The translations under genes were made by a program, and so were the position numbers. A DNA stretch of 64,000 bases, from NCBI GenBank assembly GCA_045563315.1, contig JBJKUD010000023.1:914-64913 (forward strand), given 5' to 3'. Each line of letters starts with the position of its first letter. Within the stretch, counting starts at the first letter, position 1. Below the pieces are notes generated by a model. The model was not told the DNA's origin and searched no databases. It saw only the letters and a program-made list of their open reading frames with translations. Shown here one piece after another: positions 42,565 through 52,127 of the stretch. The stretch comes from Candidatus Actinomarina sp. Lineage in GTDB: Bacteria; Actinomycetota; Acidimicrobiia; Actinomarinales; Actinomarinaceae.

Positions 42565-43221
42565 ATGAATAAAACGGAAACTATAGCAATAATTAATGAT
42601 CCAGAAGTAACCTTAGGTCATCTTGAAAACAGAAATATAATTACCTTAAATGCCTGGGAAATAAACTGGAAAGATCTTGATCCACACTCAAATTATATTC
42701 TCTTAGGTGGACATATGGGCGCCTATCAATCGAGTGAATACTCGTATTTAAAGAGTGAAAAAAAATGGATTGTTGAAGGAGTTAATTCAAACAATAAAAT
42801 ATTAGGGATATGTTTGGGTTCACAATTAATTGCTGACGCATTAGATGGAGAAGCTTACCTGGCAGAAAATCTTGAATTTGGTTTTAAAAAACTAAAATTT
42901 CTATCTTCGTCAAATATTTTTAATGATTATGAAAATATAGAAATATTTACATGGCATAGGGATACTTTCAGGTTACCTTCAAAAGCTAATTTGATAGCTG
43001 AAACATCATTTCCACAAATTTTTTCAATAAAAAAAACAATAGGAATCCAATTTCATCCAGAAATTACAGAAGATCTATTTTTGAAATGGTATGAAGGAGA
43101 AAAGACAAAAAAAGAGTTAGATGGATTTAATATTGAAAAAGAATTTAAAAAAATCAAAAAAAATGAATCTTTGATTTCAAAATCAGTTAATAAATTATAT
43201 GATAAATGGATATCTATTTAA
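42565..43221 (+). CDS. Class I glutamine amidotransferase-like protein
   Basis: Catalytic Cys in GICLGSQL and the His-Glu of the catalytic triad in FHPE. Confidence 0.7.
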   Translation: MNKTETIAIINDPEVTLGHLENRNIITLNAWEINWKDLDPHSNYILLGGHMGAYQSSEYSYLKSEKKWIVEGVNSNNKILGICLGSQLIADALDGEAYLAENLEFGFKKLKFLSSSNIFNDYENIEIFTWHRDTFRLPSKANLIAETSFPQIFSIKKTIGIQFHPEITEDLFLKWYEGEKTKKELDGFNIEKEFKKIKKNESLISKSVNKLYDKWISI

Positions 43222-43795
43222 AAGGCTCTTCTAAAATTCTTTGCACATAATTATTGAGTACATCGTACCTTTCATCAATTGTATTGAGTGAAAGTATTTG
43301 ATTGCGCATTTCTAAAGACATAGGCATTTTTGTACACAAATTCCAAAGACTGTAAATTCTATTTTCTATGTCAATTTCAAAATTTGGGATTTGCATATCT
43401 ATTCCTTGCTCTATAAGAGTACTTATTGCCTTTTTGATATCTGATTGAAGATCTAATAGTTCTTCTTCAGATGGAGGTAAACCTATACTTATTATTTCGT
43501 CTGAATAGCATGTAGGATATTCCTTTGTGAGATCTAATTCAGTAATTTTATATATGTCAATACATTCAATGATTACAAGTTGTTCAGCATTTGATATATC
43601 TTGATGTTCAATGATTTTAACTTCTGAAACAATCTGCCCAACTGTTTCTAAATCTTGACCAACACAAAATGTATTTCCATTATTTATACAATCTGCAATT
43701 AAAAGCAAGTATCTTGGCTCGAATACTCTTAATGCAGATATTTCTGTAGGAAAATAATTAATACCTGCACCAAAAAATGGGAATTCAACTATCAT
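43214..43795 (-). CDS. Standalone Lon N-terminal (LON substrate-binding / PUA-like) domain protein
   Basis: N-terminus EFPFFG...RVFEPRYLLLI matches the P-[LIV]-F-P..IFEPRY motif of the Lon N-domain; no AAA+ or protease domain (193 aa). Confidence 0.55.
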   Translation of the reverse strand: MIVEFPFFGAGINYFPTEISALRVFEPRYLLLIADCINNGNTFCVGQDLETVGQIVSEVKIIEHQDISNAEQLVIIECIDIYKITELDLTKEYPTCYSDEIISIGLPPSEEELLDLQSDIKKAISTLIEQGIDMQIPNFEIDIENRIYSLWNLCTKMPMSLEMRNQILSLNTIDERYDVLNNYVQRILEEPFK

Positions 43796-43832
43796 AATTT
43801 CTGTTATTTAGGATAAGGGAAATATAAAAATA

Positions 43833-44879
43833 ATGAGAATTGAAGACGATATTAAATTAACTTTTGATGATGTACTTATTCGTCCAAAAAGAAGCACATT
43901 AGTTTCAAGATCTGAAGTTGTCTTAGAGAGAGATTTTAAATTTAAGCATACTAATGCAACATGGACTGGTGTACCTATTTTTTCTGCAAATATGGATACT
44001 ACTGGAACATTTGAAACAGCTTTTGCATTACAAAAGCACAAAATGCTGACGGCAATTCACAAATTTTACAGCATCGAAGAGTGGAGGAAGAATATAGATA
44101 ATTTAGATCCTGAATTTATTTCAGTAACCGTTGGTCAATCTAAAGAAGATTTACAGCTTGGTAAGCAAATTTTTGAATTAAACAGTGAAATCAAATATTT
44201 ATGTATTGATGTTGCGAATGGTTACAGGGAAGATTTTGTAAATTCAGTAAAGAACTATAGAACTGTTTTTCCAGAAAAAATAATTATTGCAGGGAATGTT
44301 GCTACTCGAGAAATGACAGAAGCGTTAATTTTAGCTGGTGCTGATATCGTAAAGATAGGAATTGGACCTGGCTCGGTATGTACCACAAGAAGTGTGGCAG
44401 GTGTTGGATATCCTCAGCTGTCTTCCATATCTGAATGTTCAGATGCTGCACACGGATTAGGAGGACATGTTATGGCTGACGGGGGTTGTAAATATCCTGG
44501 TGATGTATCGAAGGCTTTTGGTGCTGGTGCAGATTATGTAATGTTAGGCGGAATGTTTGCTGGACATAAAGAATCCGGAGGAGAACTAGTAACAGGTAAT
44601 GATGGCGAACAGTATAAAGATTTTTACGGTATGTCATCTACGAAAGCACAACAAACTTATTATGGAGATCTTGCAGAACATCGGGCAGCAGAAGGAAAAA
44701 AAGTAAGGCTTAAGTACAAAGGTGAGTTGGATGGGACAGTACAAGGAATCTTAGGCGGTATGAGATCAGCTTGTTCTTATGTTGGTGCTAAGAAACTCAA
44801 AGACCTGCCAAAAAGTACTACTTTTATACGCGTTACTCAAACTACCAATGAGATATACACAGGGAGTGAAAATAATTGA
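43833..44879 (+). CDS. guaC: GMP reductase / IMP dehydrogenase-family oxidoreductase without CBS pair (GuaC-like)
   Basis: TIM-barrel IMPDH/GMPR motifs including catalytic Cys loop [12 protein letters not shown]; 348 aa, no CBS insertion. Confidence 0.75.
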   Translation: MRIEDDIKLTFDDVLIRPKRSTLVSRSEVVLERDFKFKHTNATWTGVPIFSANMDTTGTFETAFALQKHKMLTAIHKFYSIEEWRKNIDNLDPEFISVTVGQSKEDLQLGKQIFELNSEIKYLCIDVANGYREDFVNSVKNYRTVFPEKIIIAGNVATREMTEALILAGADIVKIGIGPGSVCTTRSVAGVGYPQLSSISECSDAAHGLGGHVMADGGCKYPGDVSKAFGAGADYVMLGGMFAGHKESGGELVTGNDGEQYKDFYGMSSTKAQQTYYGDLAEHRAAEGKKVRLKYKGELDGTVQGILGGMRSACSYVGAKKLKDLPKSTTFIRVTQTTNEIYTGSENN

Positions 44880-45112
44880 ATGTAGTTGTTTACTCAAAAT
44901 CTAATTGTGTTTGGTGTGATAGGGCAAAAAATTTACTTAACTCAGTTGATCTTTCATTTAATGAGATTGATTTATCAGATGATATTAAAAGGAATGAATT
45001 TTATAAAAAAATTGGTGAAGGCGTAAAGACAGTTCCACAAATTTTTATAGATGATATTAGAGTTGGAGGTTTTCCTGAACTCGTGACATGGTTTGAAGAA
45101 AATGGCTTCTAG
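44876..45112 (+). CDS. Glutaredoxin-like protein (NrdH/Grx family)
   Basis: 78 aa, CxxC active site (CVWC) in a thioredoxin-fold context. Confidence 0.7.
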   Translation: MNVVVYSKSNCVWCDRAKNLLNSVDLSFNEIDLSDDIKRNEFYKKIGEGVKTVPQIFIDDIRVGGFPELVTWFEENGF

Positions 45113-46007
45113 CGATTCATCAAAAACTGTATTTTTAGCTTTCTCAGTAAATTTTTTCATTGCTGGTATTAAAACAGTAATAGCTGTTATTACATCTTCA
45201 TCAGCTATGTTTTCTGAAGCTGTTCATTCATATGTAGATTCTGGAAATCAATTTATTCTATGGTTTGGTATTAAACAATCTAAAAAACCAAATAAATTGT
45301 TATACCCACTTGGAAGGGGAAAAGAAGAATATTTCTGGACATTAGTTGTAGCAGTTCTTATTTTTACTATTGGTGGTCTTATTTCCCTAGAGCATGGCAT
45401 TGAGGCGCTATCACACCCAAAAGAATTAAAAAATCTTTTTATTTCAATTGCTGTTTTGTCTGTATCTATCGTTTTAGAACTTTACGTTTTATATAAAGCT
45501 GTGAAAGAGCTTAGAAGTAAAGCAGTCAATAAAGATTTATCTGTTTTCAAGCTTCTTAAAGAATCTACGGACGGGCCATTGATAGCAATAGTTGTCGAAG
45601 ATTTTGCAGCAACATTAGGACTGGGTATTGCTCTTATTGGAACAATACTGGCAAATATAACCTCTAATCCTGTATTTGATGCAGTCAGCTCAATAATGAT
45701 CGGTGTACTTCTTATGGTTTCAGGTGTATTTCTTGGCTATGAAATGAAGCATCTTATTACTGGCGAAAGTATCAGTATTAAAAAACAAGATATGATTTAT
45801 AACATTATTAGTGGTAACGAAAAGGTTAAAGAAATCGAATCTTTAAAAATAATATCTATTGGTGCAAATAAATACTTAGCACTTTGTAAGTTAGACTACA
45901 TTGACACATCTTTGGATAGTGAAATTATTGAGATTAATTTAGAATTAAAAAACATAATATGCTCCAAGTTTGATGAAATAACTGAAATTTACTTTAATCC
46001 TGCCTGA
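45093..46007 (+). CDS. Cation diffusion facilitator (CDF) family metal efflux transporter
   Basis: 6 TM plus cytoplasmic C-terminal domain; HSYVDSGNQ motif in TM2. Confidence 0.75.
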   Translation: MKKMASSDSSKTVFLAFSVNFFIAGIKTVIAVITSSSAMFSEAVHSYVDSGNQFILWFGIKQSKKPNKLLYPLGRGKEEYFWTLVVAVLIFTIGGLISLEHGIEALSHPKELKNLFISIAVLSVSIVLELYVLYKAVKELRSKAVNKDLSVFKLLKESTDGPLIAIVVEDFAATLGLGIALIGTILANITSNPVFDAVSSIMIGVLLMVSGVFLGYEMKHLITGESISIKKQDMIYNIISGNEKVKEIESLKIISIGANKYLALCKLDYIDTSLDSEIIEINLELKNIICSKFDEITEIYFNPA

Positions 46008-46021
46008 TTTAGAATTAACTA

Positions 46022-46393
46022 ATGGAATTGAATAAAAAACATTTAACTCAAGATGAATTTGAAATTACTCAAAATTGTGGGACTGAGCCACCATTTTCTG
46101 GAAAGCTTTTATATGAAAAAAGAGAGGGTATCTACAATTGTGTAGTTTGTGATTTTGCTTTATTTGAATCCAACAAAAAATATGAATCTGGAACAGGGTG
46201 GCCAAGTTTTTATGATGCTCTTGATGACACTATCATCACCAAAGAAGATAGTTCCTATGGTATGAAAAGAATCGAAATTAACTGTAAAAATTGTGACTCT
46301 CATCTAGGACACATATTTCCTGATGGTCCAAAGCCAACTGGACTGCGCTACTGTGTAAATTCTTTAAGTCTTGCTTTTAGTGAAGATGAATAA
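46022..46393 (+). CDS. msrB: Peptide-methionine (R)-S-oxide reductase MsrB
   Basis: Two CxxC zinc pairs and the catalytic RYCVNS motif; GTEPPFSG. Confidence 0.9.
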   Translation: MELNKKHLTQDEFEITQNCGTEPPFSGKLLYEKREGIYNCVVCDFALFESNKKYESGTGWPSFYDALDDTIITKEDSSYGMKRIEINCKNCDSHLGHIFPDGPKPTGLRYCVNSLSLAFSEDE

Positions 46394-46697
46394 AGCATAT
46401 ATTGACGAAGAATGCATAATGTGTGCTTCTTATGGGGAGTTTCTTTCTAATAGATCCTCAAATATCTCAATAAAGAAACAATCTGAATTAAGCATTGAAG
46501 ATATTGAAAGAGATGAAATAGTTTATTTTAGAAATAATAAAAAATTTTATGGAGCTGAAGCATTCATTCAGTCAACGAGTGATTTAGGAGGTATCTATAA
46601 AATTGTTGTATTGTTGAAAATTTTTCCTAAATATTTTAGAGATGTTGCTTATAAATTTGTAGCTTCAAATAGACATAGAATATTTAAAAAAAATTGA
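46371..46697 (+). CDS. Putative DCC-family (DUF393-like) thiol-disulfide oxidoreductase
   Basis: N-terminal D-x2-C-x2-C (DEECIMC), similar to the DCC motif; about 108 aa. Tentative. Confidence 0.4.
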   Translation: MLLVKMNKAYIDEECIMCASYGEFLSNRSSNISIKKQSELSIEDIERDEIVYFRNNKKFYGAEAFIQSTSDLGGIYKIVVLLKIFPKYFRDVAYKFVASNRHRIFKKN

Positions 46698-46909
46698 ATT
46701 TACCGAAATTTTTAGATAATAAAATTTTTCGAAGTTTTATTATATTTTCAATATTTAGAGCAATTTATGGATTTTTTATAGTTATTTTTGCATATTATTT
46801 TTCAAAAGCATATGAACTAAATTTTTTTCAAACAAGTTTGATTTTTGTAATTTCTGTTTTTATTTCAAGAATCGGTTATAAATTTTTTAAAAACAAACTT
46901 AATCTCTAA
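46694..46909 (+). CDS. Hypothetical small membrane protein (2 TM)
   Basis: 71-aa hydrophobic ORF, start overlaps previous stop. Confidence 0.3.
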   Translation: MNLPKFLDNKIFRSFIIFSIFRAIYGFFIVIFAYYFSKAYELNFFQTSLIFVISVFISRIGYKFFKNKLNL

Positions 46910-47381
46910 AATTTCCGTAATTAAGGTGAATATTAAAATCTTTTGCTTTTAAATGAGCAATAACATCTTGTAATTCATCTCTTTTTTTCCCAGATACCCT
47001 TACTGATCCATCTTGAATACTACTTTGGATTTTTTTGAAATTGTTTTTCAATTCCTTAACGATTTCTTTTGCTATCTCTTTATTTATCCCAGATTCTAAA
47101 TAATAATTCCTTTTTGATTCAGATGGAGTTTTTTCGTCTTCAAAATTAGTTAAAAATTTAATTGATACATTTCTTTTGGCAAATTTTTCTTTAAGAACCT
47201 GATCGGCTGCATTCATTCTTTCTTCTGTGCTACTTTTTATTAGTATGTTATTCTCATTTAATATCGCTGTCGTGTTTGTTCCTCTAAAATCGTATCTATT
47301 TACAAGCTCTCTGTTCATTTGATCTATGGCATTTGTTATTTCTTGTTTATCAAATGTAGATGTAATGTCAAAACTTGGCAT
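46899..47381 (-). CDS. yajQ: YajQ-family nucleotide-binding protein (UPF0234)
   Basis: N-terminal MPSFDI...FDKQEI..NAIDQ...NRYDFRG matches YajQ throughout; 160 aa. Confidence 0.85.
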   Translation of the reverse strand: MPSFDITSTFDKQEITNAIDQMNRELVNRYDFRGTNTTAILNENNILIKSSTEERMNAADQVLKEKFAKRNVSIKFLTNFEDEKTPSESKRNYYLESGINKEIAKEIVKELKNNFKKIQSSIQDGSVRVSGKKRDELQDVIAHLKAKDFNIHLNYGNFRD

Positions 47382-47394
47382 AATTTAATTTTAA

Positions 47395-47841
47395 TTATTT
47401 CTTATAATTTTGTCGTAAAAACTCATAACTAACAATTGATACAGAATTTGCTAAATTTATACTTCTTGAGCTCTCATTCATTGGAATTGATAAAGTATCG
47501 TGATTTAGGCTAAGTACGTCTTCTGGCAAACCCACTGATTCCGGACCAAAAATAAAATATTCATAATCGTTTAAGTCAGCATCCCATATATTTTTAGAGC
47601 CCTTTGTTGAAAGAAAGGCTATTTTTTTATTTTTATTCTCTTCGTAGAAACTATTCCAATTTTCAAAAACACTTACTGACGCTAAGTCATGATAATCTAA
47701 ACCGGCTCGTCTTATTTTGTTTTCCTGAAAGTTAAACCCAAACGGTTTAATTAGATTTAGAGCTATTCCAGTGTTTGCCGATAATCTTATACATGATCCA
47801 ACATTTCCAGCAATTTCAGGTTTATACAAAACAATTTCCAC
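47395..47841 (-). CDS. trmL: SPOUT-family tRNA (cytidine/uridine-2-prime-O)-methyltransferase TrmL-like
   Basis: IVLYKPEIAGNVGSCIRLSANTG N-terminus and SPOUT knot motifs (FGPE..GL); about 148 aa. Confidence 0.75.
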   Translation of the reverse strand: MEIVLYKPEIAGNVGSCIRLSANTGIALNLIKPFGFNFQENKIRRAGLDYHDLASVSVFENWNSFYEENKNKKIAFLSTKGSKNIWDADLNDYEYFIFGPESVGLPEDVLSLNHDTLSIPMNESSRSINLANSVSIVSYEFLRQNYKK

Positions 47842-47891
47842 ATAAATATTATATTGCTATTCAACAGCCATAAGGGGGGTAAAATATTATT

Positions 47892-49451
47892 GTGATAAAA
47901 ATTATTAAATTATTTTTACCAAGCTTTTCAAGTTTCAGAGATATCAAAGTAGAGATTGAAAATACATCAATTTCCAGAGAGAGATTTATTGACTTTCTTA
48001 AGGTAATAGGACTAATGATGATAATTTTTAATACATACTATTTGATAAGATTCAATAATTCTTTTGGTGAATATTTAATATTTAATTTATCTTTTGATGA
48101 CTCCATAACAACAACATATACATGGTTCACAGTTGGAATGACTTTATTTTTCTTTTCTGTAGGATTTACAAATAAAATTGCATGGTACGCAAATGTCGGC
48201 AGAGACGGAAGTCAATGGAAGTTTTTAACAGATAGGGTAAATGCTTTATTAGGACCTGTAATTGTCTGGATTTCTGTTGTAACAATAATTCTAAATGTTT
48301 ATACAAGAATAAATAATCTCCCTCTTTTTTTTACTAGTCAAGACGACGGTGTAGTGCCTTTGACAGAATTTATAATGTGGCCTTTGTGGCTCGTATCTAT
48401 TTATCTTGTAGTTGTAATTTTTTCACCTGTTACATTATTTCTTCACAAGACAAATCCATATTTAACTTTGTCAATGTTTTTTATTGCAACTGTTGCTATA
48501 GATACATTTGATTTTTCTTTAGCATTCTCATATTTGAGATTAATAAACTACCTAATATTTTGGCTAGCAATACATCAACTTGGGTATTTTTTTGCTGATG
48601 GAAAAATATTTTCTTACAAATTATCATTTTTTTTGGGTTTAACACTTTTAACGTTTGGATATTTATTCTATAAATTAAATACATCAAATGACTTTATGTC
48701 ACTTTCGAGCTACAGATTGATTGCAAACTCAAATGAAGATCCTCCAACTGTCTATTATTTAATTGCATCAATAGGTTTGTCATCTCTACTTTTACTATTA
48801 AGAAAACCTATTGAAAAATTACTTGAAAACAGGTTTATATGGATATTATTTTCTTATATTCACGCTAATATTTTTACTTTATTTCTTTGGCATATGTTTG
48901 TTTTATTTTATATATATATACTCGGGCTAGATTATCTTCTATATTTTTCAATTCTTTTATTTTTTGCTTTAATTTTTGGTGATTATGAAAGATCAGTATT
49001 TAAGCTTTCATCTAACTTGATACAACGAGTAAATCCTTTACAACCATGGCCAAGTCCATTGAAAGCTAAGTTATCTTTCAGTAATTTTTCCCTTGCATGG
49101 ATTTCGTCAATCTTGATTCTTATTGGGATATTTCAAGTTACTCTCGGTGGAATAGGTCTATCTGGATTTTTCACTTTAAGAAATTTATATTTTATTTCAG
49201 GCAACACGTTTGAAGCTCTCGTAAAAATAGGAACTGGATTATTATTATTAAATCTTACAATCAGAAGAGTTGATTTAAAAAATATAGTCTTAATTCTTTC
49301 GGCAGGATTACAAGTTGTTATCTTATTTTCAAGAAATATTCTATACAATGAAATTTCTCATTTTGAATTATATTTTTCTGTTAGTCTCATTGTATTCTTT
49401 CTTTATATTGCTTTTATAAATCGTAACTATAAAACTAAAACTTTGGTCTAA
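47892..49451 (+). CDS. Hypothetical polytopic membrane protein (519 aa, at least 12 TM); possibly a GT-C-fold glycosyltransferase (DD in first extracytoplasmic loop)
   Basis: GTG start with G-rich SD (AAGGGGGG). Very hydrophobic, rich in aromatic residues; FDDS motif in loop after TM1. Function not assignable by eye. Confidence 0.55.
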   Translation: MIKIIKLFLPSFSSFRDIKVEIENTSISRERFIDFLKVIGLMMIIFNTYYLIRFNNSFGEYLIFNLSFDDSITTTYTWFTVGMTLFFFSVGFTNKIAWYANVGRDGSQWKFLTDRVNALLGPVIVWISVVTIILNVYTRINNLPLFFTSQDDGVVPLTEFIMWPLWLVSIYLVVVIFSPVTLFLHKTNPYLTLSMFFIATVAIDTFDFSLAFSYLRLINYLIFWLAIHQLGYFFADGKIFSYKLSFFLGLTLLTFGYLFYKLNTSNDFMSLSSYRLIANSNEDPPTVYYLIASIGLSSLLLLLRKPIEKLLENRFIWILFSYIHANIFTLFLWHMFVLFYIYILGLDYLLYFSILLFFALIFGDYERSVFKLSSNLIQRVNPLQPWPSPLKAKLSFSNFSLAWISSILILIGIFQVTLGGIGLSGFFTLRNLYFISGNTFEALVKIGTGLLLLNLTIRRVDLKNIVLILSAGLQVVILFSRNILYNEISHFELYFSVSLIVFFLYIAFINRNYKTKTLV

Positions 49452-49456
49452 ATAAA

Positions 49457-50491
49457 GTGAATAACTTCAAAGGTGAAACTCGACAGGGACTTTTAAATAG
49501 GACATTTCTTTATCTAATTTTAATAGGTATTTCATTTGTTATTTTGATGAGGGTAAGATCTTTGATTTTTGACTTATTTGTAGCTGTAGTTTTATCTGTT
49601 TTAGCCGAGCCAATAGTTTATAGACTATCGAGAAAGTTTAGTAGAAAACTTTCAGCAATTATTACAGTTACTGCAATTATTCTTATAATTGGTGGAATAA
49701 TATTTTCGATAATACCGATAATGGTTCAAGAGTTATATTTGTTATCTTCAGAAATGCCAAACTATTTAGACAATCTGGTTAAATATTTTAACAGCGAAGG
49801 ATTTGCTATATCTAGCCAATCCCTAAATTTGGAACAAGAGTTCAATAATTTATTTCGAGAGTATGGAAGTGCTGTGGGAAATACAGTTGTCTTTGCAGGA
49901 AGAAGTCTATTAAATGCTTTTTTTCACTTTTTTATTATATTTTTCTTTTCTTTTTACCTAATAGCTGAAGGCGATGGCTGGAGAATTAAGTTAAAAGAAG
50001 CCTTGCCTGATAGTATTTCAAATGCAATTGATCAAGTATGGACAATAGGTGTTTCAAAAGCTGGTGGCTGGATTGCTGCAAGAGTAATTCTTGGAATTCT
50101 TGCCAGTGTTGTATTTACAATTTGTTTTCTGATAATTGGCCTCCCTTCACCATTTGCATTAGGCATTTCAGCTGGACTATTATCGCAGTTAGTACCAGCT
50201 GTTGGTACATTTCTTGGTGGTATAGTTCCTGTTTTAGCATCTATATCTTTAGGCCCAACATATATTGCTTATACATTGATTGTATTGACATCTTATCAGT
50301 TTATTGAAAATTACTTTATAAGCCCTCGTATAACTCGAGTAACGATGGTTATACACCCAGCTGTTGCCGTTTTCGCTACATTATTTGGAGCATATACAGC
50401 TGGCGTCATAGGAGCAGTTCTAGCATTACCAATTGCAGCAACAATTCAAGGTATAATTGAAATACTTTTAAAGAATAAACAAAATGAATAA
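49457..50491 (+). CDS. AI-2E family transporter (PerM/YdiK/TqsA-like)
   Basis: 8-TM topology and the characteristic C-terminal region of AI-2E transporters. Confidence 0.75.
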   Translation: MNNFKGETRQGLLNRTFLYLILIGISFVILMRVRSLIFDLFVAVVLSVLAEPIVYRLSRKFSRKLSAIITVTAIILIIGGIIFSIIPIMVQELYLLSSEMPNYLDNLVKYFNSEGFAISSQSLNLEQEFNNLFREYGSAVGNTVVFAGRSLLNAFFHFFIIFFFSFYLIAEGDGWRIKLKEALPDSISNAIDQVWTIGVSKAGGWIAARVILGILASVVFTICFLIIGLPSPFALGISAGLLSQLVPAVGTFLGGIVPVLASISLGPTYIAYTLIVLTSYQFIENYFISPRITRVTMVIHPAVAVFATLFGAYTAGVIGAVLALPIAATIQGIIEILLKNKQNE

Positions 50492-50777
50492 TTTTATTAA
50501 TTTATCAACAAACGCTATAAAAACTGCAGACTCACTTTTTCAACATGCTAAAGAAGAAACTTACGATGAAGTAGAGGATTCAATAAAATCATTAAAGAAA
50601 AATTTTAAAGCTGGTAATTATTTTGCAATCGCTACTTTTTTTATTATATTTGGACTTTCAAATATACTTACTCAAGTTTTTTCAGGTAATTTTTTTATTC
50701 AAGCAATGGTTTACTTCTCTTTATCTTTTTTATGTATATTGTCATTTAGTCTAATTATTTGGAGATTATTAAAATGA
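50484..50777 (+). CDS. Hypothetical small membrane protein (soluble N-terminus + 2 TM)
   Basis: 97-aa ORF overlapping the AI-2E stop. Confidence 0.35.
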   Translation: MNNFINLSTNAIKTADSLFQHAKEETYDEVEDSIKSLKKNFKAGNYFAIATFFIIFGLSNILTQVFSGNFFIQAMVYFSLSFLCILSFSLIIWRLLK

Positions 50778-50926
50778 GCGAATTTAAAAATAATTATTCA
50801 AAATTAAAAAATAATATAAATAATGAAAATTCAAAAATAGTAAGCTTTTTAATTTATGGTATATTTCTTGGGAGACTTTATGAAAAAATCAGGAAATTTA
50901 AAAGAAAAATTCGTTCAAAAAAATGA
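50774..50926 (+). CDS. Hypothetical tiny ORF (50 aa; one hydrophobic segment then basic tail)
   Basis: ATG overlaps preceding TGA (ATGA); below ORF-track length cutoff. Speculative. Confidence 0.2.
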   Translation: MSEFKNNYSKLKNNINNENSKIVSFLIYGIFLGRLYEKIRKFKRKIRSKK

Positions 50927-51012
50927 ATAAGTCACTTCAAAAATTTGTAGCAGTAGCGATTTCTGCTGGCGTTGTTTTATCTACAATTGCTTATTTCTTA
51001 TTATTACTTTAA
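50923..51012 (+). CDS. Hypothetical tiny hydrophobic ORF (29 aa)
   Basis: ATG overlaps preceding TGA (ATGA); single TM-like peptide MNKSLQKFVAVAISAGVVLSTIAYFLLLL. Speculative. Confidence 0.15.
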   Translation: MNKSLQKFVAVAISAGVVLSTIAYFLLLL

Positions 51013-51018
51013 GAGATA

Positions 51019-51798
51019 GTGAAATTAGACAATACAGTAGTTGTTTTTAAAATAAACAACACGAAACATTTATCAGTAATACAAAGAGATCAGGTTTTTG
51101 TAACTCAAAATGGAACAATTGAACATAATGATATAGACTCGTTACCTTCTGTCGTTAAAACATCTCAAGATTACGAATATGATGTTTATATTCCCACATT
51201 TGATGAATTTGTATTACTAATGAAACGTGGTCCACAAATTATATATCCTAAAGATATTGGATCAATAATAATATCTGGAAATATTAGTAAATTTTCAAAT
51301 ATCCTGGAAGTTGGTACTGGTTCAGGAGCATTAACTCTTTATTTAAGTTTGATTTTAGAAACTAGTAGTAATCTTATAACTTTAGATGAAAGTAGTAAAA
51401 ATCAAAGAAGAGCCAAGAAAACCATTGATAGATTTATATCGTCAAGCCACTCTGAAAAAAAATTTTCAAAAATAGAATATTTAAACTTAAAATTTTCAGA
51501 TTTTATATTCGATGACTTTTGTCAAAAAGTAGATACTATTATTACAGATATTCCAGAACCTTGGGAATTTTTTGACAACAATTCTGTAAAGCAAAATTTA
51601 CAATGGGTTTCTTATTTACCATCAATCACACAAGTACAAAAAATCGTAAACGAACTTTCAAAAAATAACTTTATAAATATTAATGTTACTGAAACTTTGA
51701 ATCGAGAATGGATAGTTGATAAAAGAATAGTAAGGCCTAAAAATGAGATGGTTGGTCATACAGGTTTTGTAGTTAGTGGAAGATTTTTACTTAGCTAG
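51019..51798 (+). CDS. trmI: tRNA (adenine58-N1)-methyltransferase TrmI (GCD14 family)
   Basis: N-terminal beta-domain plus SAM-binding VGTGSGALTLYL. In mycobacteria trmI (Rv2118c) lies in the Pup-proteasome neighbourhood, as here. Confidence 0.75.
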   Translation: MKLDNTVVVFKINNTKHLSVIQRDQVFVTQNGTIEHNDIDSLPSVVKTSQDYEYDVYIPTFDEFVLLMKRGPQIIYPKDIGSIIISGNISKFSNILEVGTGSGALTLYLSLILETSSNLITLDESSKNQRRAKKTIDRFISSSHSEKKFSKIEYLNLKFSDFIFDDFCQKVDTIITDIPEPWEFFDNNSVKQNLQWVSYLPSITQVQKIVNELSKNNFININVTETLNREWIVDKRIVRPKNEMVGHTGFVVSGRFLLS

Positions 51799-52078
51799 GT
51801 TCGATCATTATGCATTCGCCTGGACATTCTTCTGCAGACTCAATAACTGCTTCTTCTTGACCTTTTGGTACAACTGCTAATCCTTGAGCACCACCTACAT
51901 TTCCGTCTTCTTCAGAAAATACTTTATCTCCTTCTTTTACATAAAAAAGGCCATCATCTTTTCCAACGAAAACATCAGGACATATTTCTTCACATAGTCC
52001 ATCACCTGTACACAAGTCTTGATCAATCCAAACTTTCATACATTTAATAATACATAATTTTGATTTATACAAATACAT
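51791..52078 (-). CDS. fdx: Small Fe-S ferredoxin (real start probably the internal Met, MKVWIDQD...)
   Basis: IDQDLCTGDGLCEEICPDVF cluster-binding loop plus C-terminal ECPGECI. Confidence 0.8.
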   Translation of the reverse strand: MYLYKSKLCIIKCMKVWIDQDLCTGDGLCEEICPDVFVGKDDGLFYVKEGDKVFSEEDGNVGGAQGLAVVPKGQEEAVIESAEECPGECIMIEPS

Positions 52079-52111
52079 CAGATAAAAAAATAATTATTAA
52101 ATTTAAATACA

Positions 52112-52127
52112 ATATACCTAGGTATAT
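52112..52127. promoter_or_regulatory. Perfect 16-bp palindrome ATATACCTAGGTATAT directly abutting the pafB start codon
   Basis: Read directly from the sequence; occupies the position where an SD would be. Candidate operator/autoregulatory site, or -10 region of a leaderless transcript. Confidence 0.4.
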
